Below are positions 25,210-39,058 of a stretch of DNA of 64,000 bases, one piece after another. The notes beneath the pieces are model-generated. The model was given only the letters and a program-made list of their open reading frames with translations. It had not been told where the DNA came from and made no database searches. Both the position numbers and the translations under genes were made by a program. This stretch comes from Malacoraja senta (taxonomy: Eukaryota). Position 1 is the stretch's first letter, and every line of letters begins with the position of its first letter. The stretch lies in the NCBI GenBank assembly GCA_038087875.1, contig CM075988.1, positions 17,362,001-17,426,000 of the forward strand, in the 5' to 3' direction.

Positions 25210-27810
25210 GATAAAGATGTGTGGGTATGTAGGTTAATGGGCCTCTGTAAGTGTGCAGGGAGTGGATGAGAAATTAGGATAACATATATGGTCACAAGTG
25301 ATAGTAGAATTAGGCCATTCAGCCCATTCAATCATGGCTGATCTATCTCTCCCTCCTAACTCCATTCTCCTGCCTTTCCCCCCCCCCATAACCTCTGACA
25401 CCTGTACTAATCAAGAATCCATCTATCTCTGCCTTAAAAATATCAACGGACTTGGCCCCCACAGCCTTCTGTGGCAAAGAATTCCACAGATTCACCACCC
25501 TTTAAAGAACTAGCATGATTATGGTCAGCATGGACTAGGTGGGCCGAAGGGCCAGCTTCCATGCTGACTGTGTCTTTAAACTCAACTAATAAATCAAACA
25601 AAAAAAATTTGCAAAAGATGGAAATCTAAACAAAGGCTCCTGGGATCTGAAACTTTCACTTGAGCAATACACAAAGTGCTGGAAGAACTCTGCGGGTCAG
25701 GCAGCATCTGTGGAGGGAATGGACAGGCAGCATTTTGGGTCAAGACCCTTCTTTCCACAGATCACAAGGGCTGATGGGTATTTCTCCATTTCCTGTTTTT
25801 ATTTTAACTATTGATGTGACAGGTTTCAGCAAACATTTATTTTTATCACTTGTGGATTGTGGATTTAATTAGTTGTGCTGACAATATTTGGCCATCCCAA
25901 ATTGACCAGGCAAGTAAAAGTCAACAATGTTGGTAGGCTGGTGGGAGAAGACACGATGGGTCAAAGGGTCTGTTTCCAAGTCTAAAGATATGCCCTCAAA
26001 GTTCTGACTCACCTTGCATTCTGTCCTGCAACGTGAATACATCCTGGCCAGCACTGAGTCCTCTGTTTAAAAATATATTCTGTCGGTGACCTTCGAGCCA
26101 GCACTCCCATTCAATATAATCATGGCTGATCATCCCAAATCAGTACCTCGTTCCTGCTTTTTCCCTATATCCCTTGATTCCTTTAGCCCTAAGTGCTAAA
26201 TCTAATGAGTCACAGCACAGGGGATGGCCATTCGGCCCATCAATCCAGTGCGAGCCACTCTGATGTTCTAAAGCCTCTGCATTTCATCAAACCTCCAGAG
26301 AAAAATTCTATATCCTTAACTATTTGCCCATCTACCTTTTTATGGTAAATAATAATACAGTTGTTCTTTGTGAGAAATTTCCCTGACACAACAATGTATA
26401 TTTGTGGGAAAGAATATAGTGTTGAGTTTGCACGTTCTCCCTGTAACCTATGGATTCAACCCCCGACACCCCCTTGAAGATAACCCCTTGTGTGAATTTT
26501 TTTTTTGTCTGGAATTGAAGTCCTAAATAGTTGGGTGGAAGGAGAATCGGGTGGGGCAAGAGATGACAGACATCAGGTTGCAGGGAAATGAATGGGATTC
26601 CTCTGAAAACAGTATAAGGCTCAATGGGCTGATTGGCTATCTTCTATGTCGTAGGGATAATTCACATAAAGAAACTGCAGGGTTATGGGGAAATAAGAGA
26701 CAGGATTGCTTACTTGAATGCTGGCATGGCCCAGATGGGCTGAATGAACTCTTGTCATCATGATAATTTAAGATGTTCCCCCTGAATCTTTCGACGTTGA
26801 TTTTAATTCCAATTTGTGGTTATTCTAATCGCTCAGTCGAGGGAGTTTGTCTCCCTCTTTAACTATTGCAATGCCTCCAGATTAACTAGGCTGTCTTCCC
26901 CATACATACACTGACCTGCTGTAACCTTTCTGTGTACTCTTTGATTAATGATGGGTTACATGATAATTGAATGAATGACTGATACTTTATTGTCACATGC
27001 GACAAGTCACAGTGATATTCTTTGTTTTGCATACCCAAGGTATGCAAAGAGTCGCTACATAAAGGCCGCTGACAAAGTTACAGAAAAATTTATGCTGATG
27101 ATTTGACATTGAACTTGTCTGCAACATAAAGGAATAATAACTTCAAAATAAAATCAATGCCTGTTAATCATGACAGGATTTCTCAATATTTCTAATAACT
27201 GAAATTTCTGAATTAACAAGCTTGGACAATATAGGAATAGAAATACTTTATTGTCACATGTGACTAGGCACAGTGAGATTCTTTGCTTGCATACACAATG
27301 TATACAAATAGCAGCCACCTACGGCGCTGACAGTTACAACGCACGTTGGCTCCTCCTTTTGTTTACCCCCCCCCTTAGCGGTTCCCCACGCCGGATCCCC
27401 ATTATCTTTTGACCCCCCCCCCCCCATTGTCCTCCCCCCACCTCCCTCACGGCAGCTCCCCCATGCCGGGTCCTCCATTGATCTTCCCCTCCCCCCTCAC
27501 GGTGGTCCTTCAAGCTCACATCGGCCATCGGCCACAGGTCGACCCGCGAGGCTTCACCACCACCGAGGCCCCATCATCGCGAGGCTTCACAGTTGATGTA
27601 AACGATTGCATTACCAGTATAGATCTGTCAATGTAGGAGAGGGAAAGGGATATTACTGGCAAGGCCTTGTAGCTAGCATGTCCTTTGGGAAACTGAACTC
27701 CCTAGAGGCCTCTTGGCAGATCTTGGGTCAATGGTCCACATGGATATCCCTCAGAGGAGAGAAGATTGCATTATCTAGAAGTTGCTAAATTGCCTCCACA
27801 CTAAGTGACG

Positions 27811-27997
27811 ATAGACACAAAAAGCAGGAGTAACGCAGCGGATCAGGCAGCATCTCTGGAGAAAAGGAATAGGTGACAGTTTGGGTTGAGAGCCTCCTTC
27901 AGTCTGAAAAAGGGTCTCGACCCGAAACGTCACCTATTCCTTTTCCCCAAAGGTGCTGTCTGAGCCGCTGAGTTACTCCAGGTTTTTGTGTCTATCT
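27811..27997. mobile_element. Palindromic Penelope-type terminal-repeat element (similar copies at ~17255-17530, 36343-36553, 42000-42226, 46793-46985, 58983-59745; variant subfamilies at 13307-13430, 53145-53440)
   Basis: same inverted-arm consensus as the 56241 copy; hammerhead core partly mutated. Confidence 0.7.
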
Positions 27998-28424
27998 TTT
28001 GACTATAACATTGTCACATATTACATTCTTTAATAAAAGATCAACAGAAATTTTGTCTTGCTTTCTCATTTCCATTTGAATCAACAGATTAAGTGACTTT
28101 GGATGAAGGTCATCATGCATCTGCTGTTCCTTCCTCCACATTAAGTACGCAGGTCACGTCTGGCATGGTGATGTGGGACCACTCCAGTGGTGATCAGTAC
28201 CAGTAGCTGGTGATCCTATCGATGGGTAATATGGTGGTCTGAAGCCCAAACAGTTGCAGTTTTCCCTTCTCTCCCCAGAGTCAGTTGCATTGCAGTGGCT
28301 AAACTCTGGCCACTCATGAAGTGGTATTAAGTAACTGAGTGCTGCTCAGACTGTAACATCTGCTTCAAGATATAATGCAGGTTAGGGAAATCATGATGTA
28401 ATTCATCGTACATGGGGTGGGTTT

Positions 28425-28750
28425 ACCGATCCCATTCCATCAGGCAAAAGGTGCAGAAGTGTGAAAACGCACACCTCCAGATTCAGGGACAGTTTCTTAC
28501 CAGCTGCTATCAGGCAACTGAATCATCCTACCACGGCAAGAGAACAGTCCTGAACTACTATCTACCCCATTGATGACCCTCGGACTATCTTTGATCGGAC
28601 TTTACTGGCTTTACCTTGCACTAAACGTTATTCCCTTATCATGTATCTATACACTGTAAATGGCTCGATTGTAATCATGTATTGTCTTTCCGCTGACTGG
28701 TTAGCACGCAGCAAAAGCTTTTCACGTGACAATAAACTAAACTGAACTGA
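28425..28750 (+). mobile_element. Rex1/Babar-type LINE 3' fragment (tails also at ~9088-9340 minus, 31320-31500, 35850-36025)
   Basis: encodes PSGKR.RSVKTHTSRFRDSFLPAAIRQLN-like C-terminus; 3' UTR ends gtgacaataaactaaac. Confidence 0.7.
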
Positions 28751-29232
28751 ACCAAAATGTTTCAATCCAATCGATAAATCGGGGAGTTAGGATGGGATAG
28801 TGTATAGCATTGAATCTGTACCCTTTGCTTTGAGCTTGTTTTTTGGTCTGTAATGGGAGGTTCAGGAAGTCTCCATCTGAAACACAGGGGGGGGGGGGGG
28901 GGGTTGGTTGGGACCTGCATCATTGCCTATCCACTCCCTCCACATTTGCTTCCTGGCCCATCAGGTTACTCCAGCACTTTGTGTTTTGCTCTAGATTCCA
29001 GCATCGGCCGTTCCTTGTACAACGATAATTTCAGTCATGTCAACAGCAACTGGCTTGTTGAATTCAGGAGTGAATTAAACAGTCATCATCACCTATTTTC
29101 TCCAGTCTACTTTGCATTGTGTACTGTCAAAATAAACAACACCACCAGATCAAATTTCTTGGCACAAATATTTAAAAGTATTCATAGAAACGTAATACAA
29201 TAAAGACAAGAGCCCAGAGTATAAATAGTCAT

Positions 29233-29238
29233 TTTATT
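29233..29238 (-). other. Candidate polyadenylation signal (AATAAA) of ABCG4
   Basis: AATAAA on minus strand followed by U/GU-rich downstream sequence (ctcttgtctttattgtattacgtttc); closes a largely repeat-poor AT-rich stretch running from the stop codon. Confidence 0.45.
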
Positions 29239-32200
29239 AGTAATATGTTAACAGATATTTCTTACAGAAAGTAACATATAGTCCAACAAACCGTCACTGG
29301 TGTAAATATTCATTCACAGCTTTGGACATTACATCTTTGATTTGCATAAACATTATTAATATATGACCCGTGTGTTGACTTTAGTTCTGTTCAAAAATCA
29401 GCCTGCCAGTCAAGTCTTTAGCACGTGCAATAGAAACAGAATAAGCCATGGAAAGGAAAAATATTTGGTTCATTCACTAAAGTAAAGCATTCTTTAAAGC
29501 ATTTGGAATGCGTTCGCATTTGGCTCAAATCCTCCCACCACCTTCCTTTCTCTCTTTTAAAGGCACTGCCTTCTCTGATAAATATTCCGAAAGTCCCACC
29601 AGCCAACCTGAGCATCCATTGATCTTCAGCGGATTATTTAACTGTGGATTGTCCCACTTTCAAGGGCAATTTCTTTTGGATACCAAATCACAACAGTTTT
29701 CTAGCCTGTGCTATTGAACATTGATTGGGGACAGGGTCACGTTTAAAAAAAAAAAAAAAAAATCACCTTTCTGCCAACCCTTAAAGGTGCCGCTGAAATC
29801 AACACCCATGCTCCAGTTTCTCAAATCTTAGCAAATTATTGCACTCACATCAAGGGTCAAACCTGGGTAAATCCAACCTGCAGATCACTAGATGTGGGCA
29901 GGTGCCCTTAGTCAGTGAGAGCAGAACAAAACAAAACCAGTGCTAACGCTAATGAACCTCTTCAGCATTTCATCTCAGAAACAGAAAGTTTAAAGTTCAT
30001 AAGTTCTTTCGTTCTAGGAGCAGAATGAGACCATTCGGCCCATAAAGTCTACTCCGTCATTCAATCACAGCTGATCTATCTTTCCCTCTCAACCCCATTC
30101 TCCTGCCTTCTCCCCATAACCCTTGACACACTAATCAAGAAATTTTAAACTAAATCCTAAATCTTTAATAAAAAATATGGTTTTACATTTTAACTAGGAA
30201 GAGAAGTTAATGTTTCGAGTTGGACTCTTCCCTTTTTACTGAAAGATCCACTATACTTGTTAACCAGCTTTGCTCTGACAGACTTGCACATACAATCATC
30301 TATTAGTTGCTAAGCTGTTACTGTTCAAACACGTAACTTACCTGCAAATTTGATCTAAGCACTTTTAATGAAGAGCCTTCACTGTCAGCCAAGCTTCAAC
30401 TGAGGAGTTGGAGGCGGGACTGAGCTTCTTGGCTCTAGGTCTCTTGATCAGCAAACAATGTCAATTCACTTAGTCAAGTCTCTTTAAAGATGAGAGGAAA
30501 CAGATCCCCCAATAAAGGCCGGGTAATATTCCCAGAAAGATAGCGAGTGGAAGATAGGTACATACACATTCTGCACAGAAAATCGTCCTCAGTCACTTGA
30601 TTGATAGAAGAATTCTACAGTCCACCTGTCTGAAGAAGGGTCTCGACCCAAAACGTCACCTATTCCTTGTCTCCAGAGATACTGCCTGACCCGCTGAGTT
30701 ACTCCAGCTTTTTGTGTCTATCTTTTGACTATAACATTGTCACGTTACATTCTTTAATAAAAGAGCACCGGAAACTTTGTCTTGCTTTCCCATTTCCATT
30801 TGAATTGACGGATTAAGTGGCTTCGGATGAAAGTCACCATGCATTTTTTGTTTAGATGTTCGATTCTTGCTAATTGTCATTTCCTTTGTCTTTGCGTCTC
30901 TCAATGAAAGGTGTTGGTGATGGCCAGCTTCCATCTGTCATGATTGAAAAACCTACTACAAATGGTGCTCGAACAGCTTAATGCCAAAAGTCCACAACGT
31001 TAATTTCCGAGTGGATTGTACAGCATAAATGGGTCTTGTCAACGTGCTGAATTCTTTGACATCCTTGCAGACAGTTTAGCTCTATTTACACATATATATG
31101 GCAGTTAAATTTTACAATTGCATTGATTCGGCAAATACAAAAGAGGTAGCTTCCCTCTCGCCAGGCTTGCACTAGAAATGTTTCGAATCCACAAAGAACA
31201 CTTAAATGATCAATTTTTGCATTAACGTTTCTGAAATACATTCTTCAAAATTTAATAAAATTATAAAATAATACTTTAATGGAGAGGATCAAATGGGTTG
31301 AAATGTTGCAGGAATGAATGAAGGACTATCTTTGATTAGACTTTGACTTTATCTTGCATTAAATGTTATTCACGATATTCCTTTTATCGTGTACCTGTAC
31401 ATGATGGCTCAATTGTAATCATGCATTGTCCCTCCGCTGACTGGTTAACACGCAACAAAAGCTTATCACTGTATCGCAGTACACGTGACAATAAACTAAA
31501 GTCAAACTCGAAGGTCAAACGCAGGCCCTTTCTCTTTCCACCAAGATCCTTCCCGACCTGAAACGTAACCTATCCATGTTCTCCAGAGATGGTGCCTGAC
31601 CCGTTGAATTACTCCAGCACTTTGTGTCTTTTATTTTCCTCTAATATTATTTCTATCTTTATTAAAACTTTGAGTATGACTTCTGTAGTGCCATGAATTC
31701 CAACCTTTCTTTGTGTTCTTGCCTGCCGACTTCAAATGTTGTAGTGCACAAGATTTAACTTCAGAGGAATTGGGCATGTGAGGCATTGGTACCTGCCACA
31801 CACATGGTGATAAAGGAAAGGTGTCTGAAGGGTGGGTGCAGTATTGGGTCCAAACATAGGGCAGGTTGGCACAGAGCATTACATGTAACAATCAAGATTA
31901 TTGAATACTGTGTGGAGTTCAATAGTTCCCTGAGCTATTGGAGCCATTCGAGATTCACAAAGAAGAGAACAGATTAAAGTTGTACAACTTAAATATATAC
32001 CTTTGGGTAGATTTACGTCTGTTGATGACAAAGCATCTGAATTATAGAATAGAATTAGTGATATTACTGCACAGGATGCAACTATTCATCCAGGAAGCCA
32101 ACTCTAATCACTGTAGAACAATCCATTCAAACCTATTCTCTTGTTCCTTCCTCGTTGTTCTTCAAATTACTCTCCCTTAAACACCTAACAAGTTTCCCTT

Positions 32201-34101
32201 TGAAAGCCCTGAGAGTGTAATTCCACCAGGCACGGGGAATGGTCCAGTTCGAAAACCCTCCGTGCACTTTTTCGCACTTTGCCCATCGTCTTTCAATCAT
32301 CCACTAATGAGTTCAGCTTCTCTTTGTAGTCCTATTTAAATCCTCCAAGATCTAGCACATCCATCACATCTCCTCACTGCCTTCTCTTTGCTCCATGGAG
32401 ATTAGCACCAGCTACCTAACTTTCACCTTGTAGTTGAAATCTCCCATCCCTGAAGACATTCTGGCCAATCTGCTCTGTACTCAAGACATTCTTCATGTGA
32501 TGATCAGATCCGTACTCAATGCATTGATTGCCAGCTAATTGTTTTCCCCCCATGTTATGCAGCCTCCTCGAAGGAGTGGGCTTTGTGTGGTCTATAAAAA
32601 CACAGGAGCTGGGAAACAGGAGTGAAAGGATCACTGTCAAAGTGTCACCATATTTTCAACTGTCTTGCTTTTTACTTTTATTCTCAATGCTCCGATGAGC
32701 AGACTTCAGGGTTTTACAGCCAAATAAATTAAACCAAATCTACCAATTGCCAGAGAGAAAAATAGAGATTTGTAACTGCTGTTAAAGATTTTTGTTTAGA
32801 GGAAAAAGACAAAGATTAATAAATTCCAATCATAATGTTGACCATTGTGAACTGTGCAAGCCTGCAATAGGGATACTGCTCTTTTTTAAGTCAAACTCAA
32901 GTTTATTGAAATTAAATTTATAAAACTGTACACTCTCCCACACCATAGTCAGCCACACAGATTTCAAAGTGCCAAAAGGCCATAAAATACTGCAATACCA
33001 GGATAATAGCTTTGCAATGTTTTTGTCTATTGTACAGTGTAAGGACATTGCCCGGAGTTTTTTCATGCTTCATGGAGACGTCACATTATAATTACTGGAA
33101 GTTGATCGAACTGCAAGCTTTCTGGGCCCGTATGTCACAATGAGATGATTAGTGTCCCTATCACTCTGGGACTATGGTAGCATTAAATGTAGGAGACAAA
33201 TGAAGCAATTCAAAATGATAAGCACTGCAATTCATATGAACATCTGGATGCAGTGCAGCACAGCTGCACAACATGGGAGTTTATTTCAGTTAAAACATTC
33301 CTAAAAAAAAGTATTCTGTTAAGATGCTGTGGTGTGGGGGAGAAGACATATAATAACTCAGGAAGTAAATCTCTAGATACCAAAAAAAAATAAAAACCAT
33401 AACACCAATACAAAATTCAGTAAAAATTATTAACACTACCTCTTTTTAAAATGTTTTATACTTTCAAGATTGTATCTTTTTAAATATATTTTTGAACTGT
33501 CAAAAAAGTTACAGAGACTTTCCACAATGCCTGTAATTATAATATTTAAAGCCTAGTTTATAATGCCTTGCTTCTGTATTTAAACTTACAGTTATTATAA
33601 TTTAACAAAACGTGCTACTAGTGGACATGCTCAAGGTGACAGATTAAAGCGTACATTATTCTACAAAAAACTGTGCTTATTAACAGTCTGGTTCTAAAAT
33701 CAAAGTTTTGTTTTGTATCTTTTTAAATAAGATCTACCTCACAGTTCACAAGCGGGGCTTTTTCAACACTTTGTTGGTGCACAAATCTGACATTGTCATT
33801 GTGCAGAAGGCCAAAGCTGGGTTGCTTCATTAAACAAGTTGTTTTCCTTGACAAACCTTCATACACGTGGGTTGAGAATTAATCAAAATCCAAAAGCAAA
33901 ACTAGACAGGCAAAAAATAAAAATCTGACAACCAAAATGGCCTGTCAGAAGCCATCTTGATGTTTGATGATTTTGTTTTTAAAGATTACTGTTCAGGCTA
34001 CGCAGCCGTGATGTAGACTTCAGCCATTCTGAGCCACATGAGAATAGGTCCAGTTCACAGACTAGATGCCGCAAAATATCCATTTGTTTGCGATTCCCTT
34101 T

Positions 34102-34327
34102 CTATCTTTCAGATTTGACTTTGTAACGCAGGACAAGGTAGGCCATCAAACGCAAAACAACAAAAAATATACCCAGGACTATGAAGTCCATGTAAAGCTT
34201 TGCGTCTTGCACATCCAACTCTTGCAGAATTTTCTTTGGTTCCTTATAAGGACAGAACTCAGTATTGCAGGTCAAGTTTTTTCTGTCCAGTCCATATATT
34301 GACAAGATGACACCCTCAAAGCCATAT
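34102..34327 (-). CDS. ABCG4: ABCG4 last coding exon ([74 protein letters not shown])
   Basis: aaacag acceptor, phase 2, TAG stop; C-terminus KVKSER is ABCG4-type rather than ABCG1-type (KIRAER). Confidence 0.95.
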
Positions 34328-34496
34328 CTGTTTCAGAATAAACAAATGGAATTGTAACTCTTGCAGAATGAGTTGTGTTCTGAAGGGCTTTGTTGCCCAT
34401 ATTAGACTTAGAATTCTCCATTACCCACAAAGAATGCATTAAACTCAATATTATCCCAAGAGATGCACATACATTCCAACAAGAGAATTTCATCAA

Positions 34497-34812
34497 GGGC
34501 GGCACAGTGGTGCAGGGGTAGAGTTGCTGCCTTACAGCGCCAGAGACCCGGGTTCGATCCTGACTACGGGTGCCGTCTGCACGGAGTTTGTACCATTTCC
34601 CTGTGACTTGTGTGGGTTTTCCTCGGGTGCTCCCTTTTCCTCCCACACTCCAAAGAAGTACAGGCTTGTAGGTTAAATTGGCTTCAGTAAACATTGTAAA
34701 TTGTCCTTAGTGTGTAGGATAGTGCTAGTGTGCGGGGATCACTGGTCAGTGTTGATTTGGTGCGCCGAAGGGCCTGCTTCCATGCTGTATCTCTAAACCA
34801 AACTAAACTAAA
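34497..34812 (+). mobile_element. tRNA-derived V-SINE (HE1-like), full length
   Basis: tRNA-like head with A/B boxes (ggttcgatcc), V-core ggagtttg..gtgggttt..cctcccac, CR1-like tail gccgaagggcctg..ctctaaac(taaac)n. Confidence 0.85.
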
Positions 34813-35145
34813 ATGATGGCGATTTATGCCATGTTAACCTTATATATTTGTATCACACCGATGCCAATACCCGAGAGAAAGAGTTAAGGCAAGGGATAAA
34901 CTAACAGGATTAGGTAAAGAATGTTGGAAAAGGCTGTTGTAAAATGTTCAGGATCTGGGCCTTCTGACAAGGCCTGCATTTATTGCCTATACATAATTGC
35001 CCTTGAAAAGGTGACAGTGAGCCACCTTCTTAAGCCATTAGTCCTTCTGGTGAAACCTGAGTGGTGTATACACGCCATCACAAGATGTGTACTTACTGTT
35101 CAGTATTCATATCTATGGAATGTCTTTCCTGGTCTCAGGATCTTA

Positions 35146-35369
35146 AGGACCTGTCCCACTTGGCGATTTTTCGGCAACTGCCGGCGTCATATCAGTGTCG
35201 TCAAAAGATTTTGAACATTTCAAAATCCAGCGGCGACAAAAAAAAATGTTGCGACACTTGAAAAACCAACGCGCGTCATACGTCATCACGCTGCGTATTT
35301 TTCGGTGACCTGATACATCAGTCAATGATGCCGGTGGTCGTCAAAAATATCGGCAAGAGGGACAGGTGA
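35146..35369. mobile_element. Short MITE with related TIR (ACCTGTCCCACTTGGCGAT), probable PIF/Harbinger
   Basis: tta-AGGACCTGTCCCACTTGGCGATTTTT ... AAAAATATCGGCAAGAGGGACAGGTGA-tta; CpG-rich interior. Confidence 0.65.
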
Positions 35370-36061
35370 TTACCTGTACATTACCTGTGTTCACTCTTTG
35401 TGACTCAGACCCACAACCTCTCTGGAGGCATGCAACTGACCTGGTAACCAGCTGGCACTTTGGGGGGATATGTTTCCGTGTCAAGGCAGCAGGAACGAAG
35501 CTTGAAAGTTGAGCAGGGAAAGTTTGAGCTCGGGAGCTGCAGCAGTGGGAAAGGACGGCACAGTGATGCAGCGGTGGAGTTGCTGCCTAACGACGCCAGA
35601 AACCTGACTACCGGTGCTGTCTGTGTGGAGTTTGTACGCTTGCCCCATGACCATGCTGGGTGCTCCGGTTTCCTCCCACATTCCAAAAACCTGCAGGTTT
35701 GTAGGGTAATCGGCTCCTGTAAAATGCTCCTAGTTTGTGGGGTGCGAAACTGGGATAACATAGGACGAGGGTAAGGGTGATCATTGGTCAGCAGGGACTC
35801 AGTGGGCTGAAGGGCCCGCTTCCGCCCTATCTCTAAACTAAAGTCCAACTTTATCGGACTTTACTGGACTTTATCTTGCACTAAACATTATACCCTTTAT
35901 CCTGTATCTGTACTCTGTGGCGGCTTAATTGTTATTCAAGTATGGTCTTCTCGCCCACTGGGTAGCATGCAACTAAACTGTTTTTAACTATACCCTCGGT
36001 ACATGTAAAATAAACTAAACTAAACAGAAGTCCAGGAAATGCTAATAAGAGAAACATGTAC

Positions 36062-36180
36062 CTGACGTAAGATACGTAGGAACTCCACTGCAGGTATGTG
36101 GGGATGGTGTCAAAGCTAACAAAGAAGCCAGAGAACAGAAGCACTGGGATGGCCGTGACAGGGCCCACAAACGTGGCAAC
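36062..36180 (-). CDS. ABCG4: ABCG4 exon ([39 protein letters not shown])
   Basis: AG/GT boundaries, 119 nt phase 0-2; conserved ABCG1/4 TM segment. Confidence 0.95.
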
Positions 36181-36635
36181 CTGTTTGGAGAGAAAGTTGG
36201 AAGAAAATCAGGCACAATACATACAAAAGTTGGCAAACAGTCATGTATCATCAAAATAGATTTCTTTTTCATGCAATATTTCGCATATTTTGGAATGGAG
36301 ATTTGATTAGTTGGTTGGTAGACACAATGTGTTGAGACAGAAGATAGACACAAAATGCTGGAGTAACTCACTAACTCAGCGGGACAGGCAGCATCTCTGG
36401 AGAGAAGGAATGGGTGATGTTTCTTCTGAGGAAGGAGCGCGACCCAAAACGTCACCCATTCCTTCTCTCCAGAGATGCTGCCTGTCCCGCTGAGTTACTC
36501 CAGCATTTTGTGTCTATCTTCGGTTTAAACCAGCATCTGCAGTTCCTTCCCACACATTTCACCATCTTAGGCACTCATCTCATGAAGCACAACTCCCAGG
36601 TTGGATCCTGGAATGACTCGGTGACTATATTTAGA

Positions 36636-37262
36636 CAATAGACAATAGGTGCAGGAGTAGGCCATTCGGCCCTTCGAGCCAGCACCACCATTCAATGTGA
36701 TCATGGCTGATCATCCCTAATCAGTACCCCATTCCTGCCTTCTCCCCATATCCCCTGACTCCGCTATCTTTAAGAGCCCTATCTAGCTCTCTCTTGAAAG
36801 TATCCAGAGAACCGGCCTCCACCGCCCTCTGAGGCAGAGAATTCCACAGACTCACAACTCTCTGTGAGAAAAAGTGTTTCCTTGTCTCCGTTCTAAATGG
36901 TTTACCCCTTATTCTTAAACTGTGGCCCCTGGTTCTGGACTCCCCCAACATCGGGAACATGTTTCCTGCCTCTAGCGTGTCCAAACCCTTACAATCTTAT
37001 ATGTTTCAATAAGATAACCTCTCATCCTTCTAAACTCCAGAGTGTACAAGCCCAGCCGCTCCATTCTCTCAGCATATGACAGCCCCGCCATCCCAGGAAT
37101 TAACCTTGTAAACCTACGCTGCACTCCCTCAATAGCAAGAATGTCCTTCCTCAAATTAGGGCACCAAAACTGCACACAATTCTCCAGGTGTGGTCTCACT
37201 AGGGCTCTGTACAACTGCAGAAGGGCCTCTTTGCTCCTCTTGTTATAAAGGCCAACATGCCA
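36636..37262 (-). mobile_element. 5'-truncated CR1-clade (HER1-like) LINE: RT C-terminus plus 3' UTR
   Basis: ALLQLYRALVRPHLENCVQFW..IEGVQRRFTRLIPG..RRMRGYLIETYKI..SRTRGHSLRI..FFSQRVVSLWNSLP; one frameshift. Confidence 0.9.
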
Positions 37263-37912
37263 ATAATCTCCGCACCTGCCAGACACAATGGCCTGGATTT
37301 TGAGGTCTGTGGATAGCATCTCATTGTTGATAAACTAACACCTACTTTGGGTCAATCCTTCAGCAATTGCTGCTTGTGAGTGGACGGAGTCCTTCCCGAC
37401 AATATAAAAATCAAGCCCCATCTACAATTCATCCCTCACTTTGAAAGCACTATAATGGTGACCAGTACAGGCAGGATGGCCCAAATGGCCTTCTCCTGCA
37501 TCATATGTTCTATCACTGCATTTTGTTGTACACTGCACAATGACAATTAAAGATTGAATTGAATTGAATTGAATTGAAATGATAGAACATAGAACAGAAC
37601 AGCACAAGAACAGGCCCTTCAGCCCTCAATATCTGTGTTGAACACGATGCCAAGACCAACTCTTAGTTGCCTGCACATAATCCACATCCCACCATACCCA
37701 TGGGCCTATCCACAAGCCTCTTAAATGCCACTATTGCATATGCATCATCCACCTTCCCCCTGGCAGTGCATTTGGGACACCCACCACCCTATGTGTAAAA
37801 AAAAACCAGCCCCGCTCATTTGCTTTAAACTTTGTCGCTCTCACATTAATTGCCCCTGGCAGCGATCGTCAGGTGAGCTGGGGCTGCCCGCTGCTCCAAG
37901 GCATGGTGTTAC

Positions 37913-38071
37913 CTGTAAAGATGTGGACGCAGCGCCGATCAGGAGTCCGAGCGACTGGGCCACCAACGCCGTGGCCGTGGCAAATGAAGCAAACAAGAGG
38001 AACCGCGACGCCTCAGGTGGCTGAGCCGTCATCCAGTACACGATGCTGCAGTATACAATCGGGCAGATCAC
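37913..38071 (-). CDS. ABCG4: ABCG4 exon ([53 protein letters not shown])
   Basis: ctgcag/gtaac boundaries, 159 nt. Confidence 0.95.
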
Positions 38072-38767
38072 CTGCAGGAGGAAGGCCAGTTTAGTGGGAT
38101 TGATCAATGTGTCCTGCTGACCACTGCCCAGGTAATTCCATGCACCAGCTCCCGTTGAGAATATTAAAGTCACTCAGCTTTACTCTTGGCGCAGAAAACG
38201 CTTGTATTCCTTCAAGAGGAGACCTTTCAGTACAGAGCAAACGGTCAGGATTACCCAACCAACCAGGCAACAGATTCTGACAGATTCTTGATTGGTACGG
38301 GTGTCAGGGGTTATGGGCAGAAGCTAGGAGATTGGGGTTGAGAGGGAATGATAGATCAGCCATGATTGAATGGTGGAGTGGACTTGATGGTCTTAATTAT
38401 GTTCCTAGAACTTAAGAGCAATTTATCGTCATCAACACCAGGTAAATAGGAAAACAGGAGTGGTATTGTGCCCGGCCTTCAACATCGCTGACCTGTGGTC
38501 CTGCCCGCAAGTAAAGACTGTGGCCTTGCCCACAACTCCAGGCTCGTGGCCCCAATTAGGAGCCTGTTTCTGTGTCAGGAGTTTGATTGCATTGCCATTC
38601 GGTGCCATTTGGCCAACGTCAGTCTCACCTGAACCTAATATCGGGAATCTTAAATGCAACTTGCATTCAGCACACTTTACAATGTCACCATCTTTTGCAC
38701 GTTTTATGTGCAATAAGACACTTTCAAAAGATGTTTTTTTAGCACAAAGAGAGTATAGAGCTTAATG

Positions 38768-39058
38768 TTTAGAGATACAGCGCTGAAACAGGCCCATTGG
38801 CCTACCGTGTCCGCACTGAACACCTTTACACTAGCATACACCATACACTAGGGACAATCTACAACTTTTAACCGAAGCCAATTAACCTACAAACCTGTAC
38901 GTCTTTGGAGTGCGGGAGGAAACCGGAGCTCCCGGAGAAAACCCACGCAGTCACAGGGAGAACGTACAAACTCCGTACAGACAGCACCCGTAGTCTGGAT
39001 CGAACCTGGGTCTCTGGCGCTGTACGGCAGCAACTCTACCGCTGCGCCACCGTGCTGC
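38768..39058 (-). mobile_element. V-SINE (HE1-like); about 20 copies in the window, e.g. 8297-8560+, 10690-10976-, 11960-12180+, 19120-19385-, 35555-35845+, 41350-41622-, 42943-43220-, 48915-49215-, 51905-52220+, 52565-52848+, 53716-54018-, 55850-56132-, 56912-57203+, 57960-58240+, 60409-60707-, 62080-62377-
   Basis: same consensus as the 34497 copy. Confidence 0.85.

Noticed and set aside
34497..34575. tRNA-like sequence
   Set aside because: It is the head of a high-copy V-SINE, continuous with the SINE core and tail, not a tRNA gene
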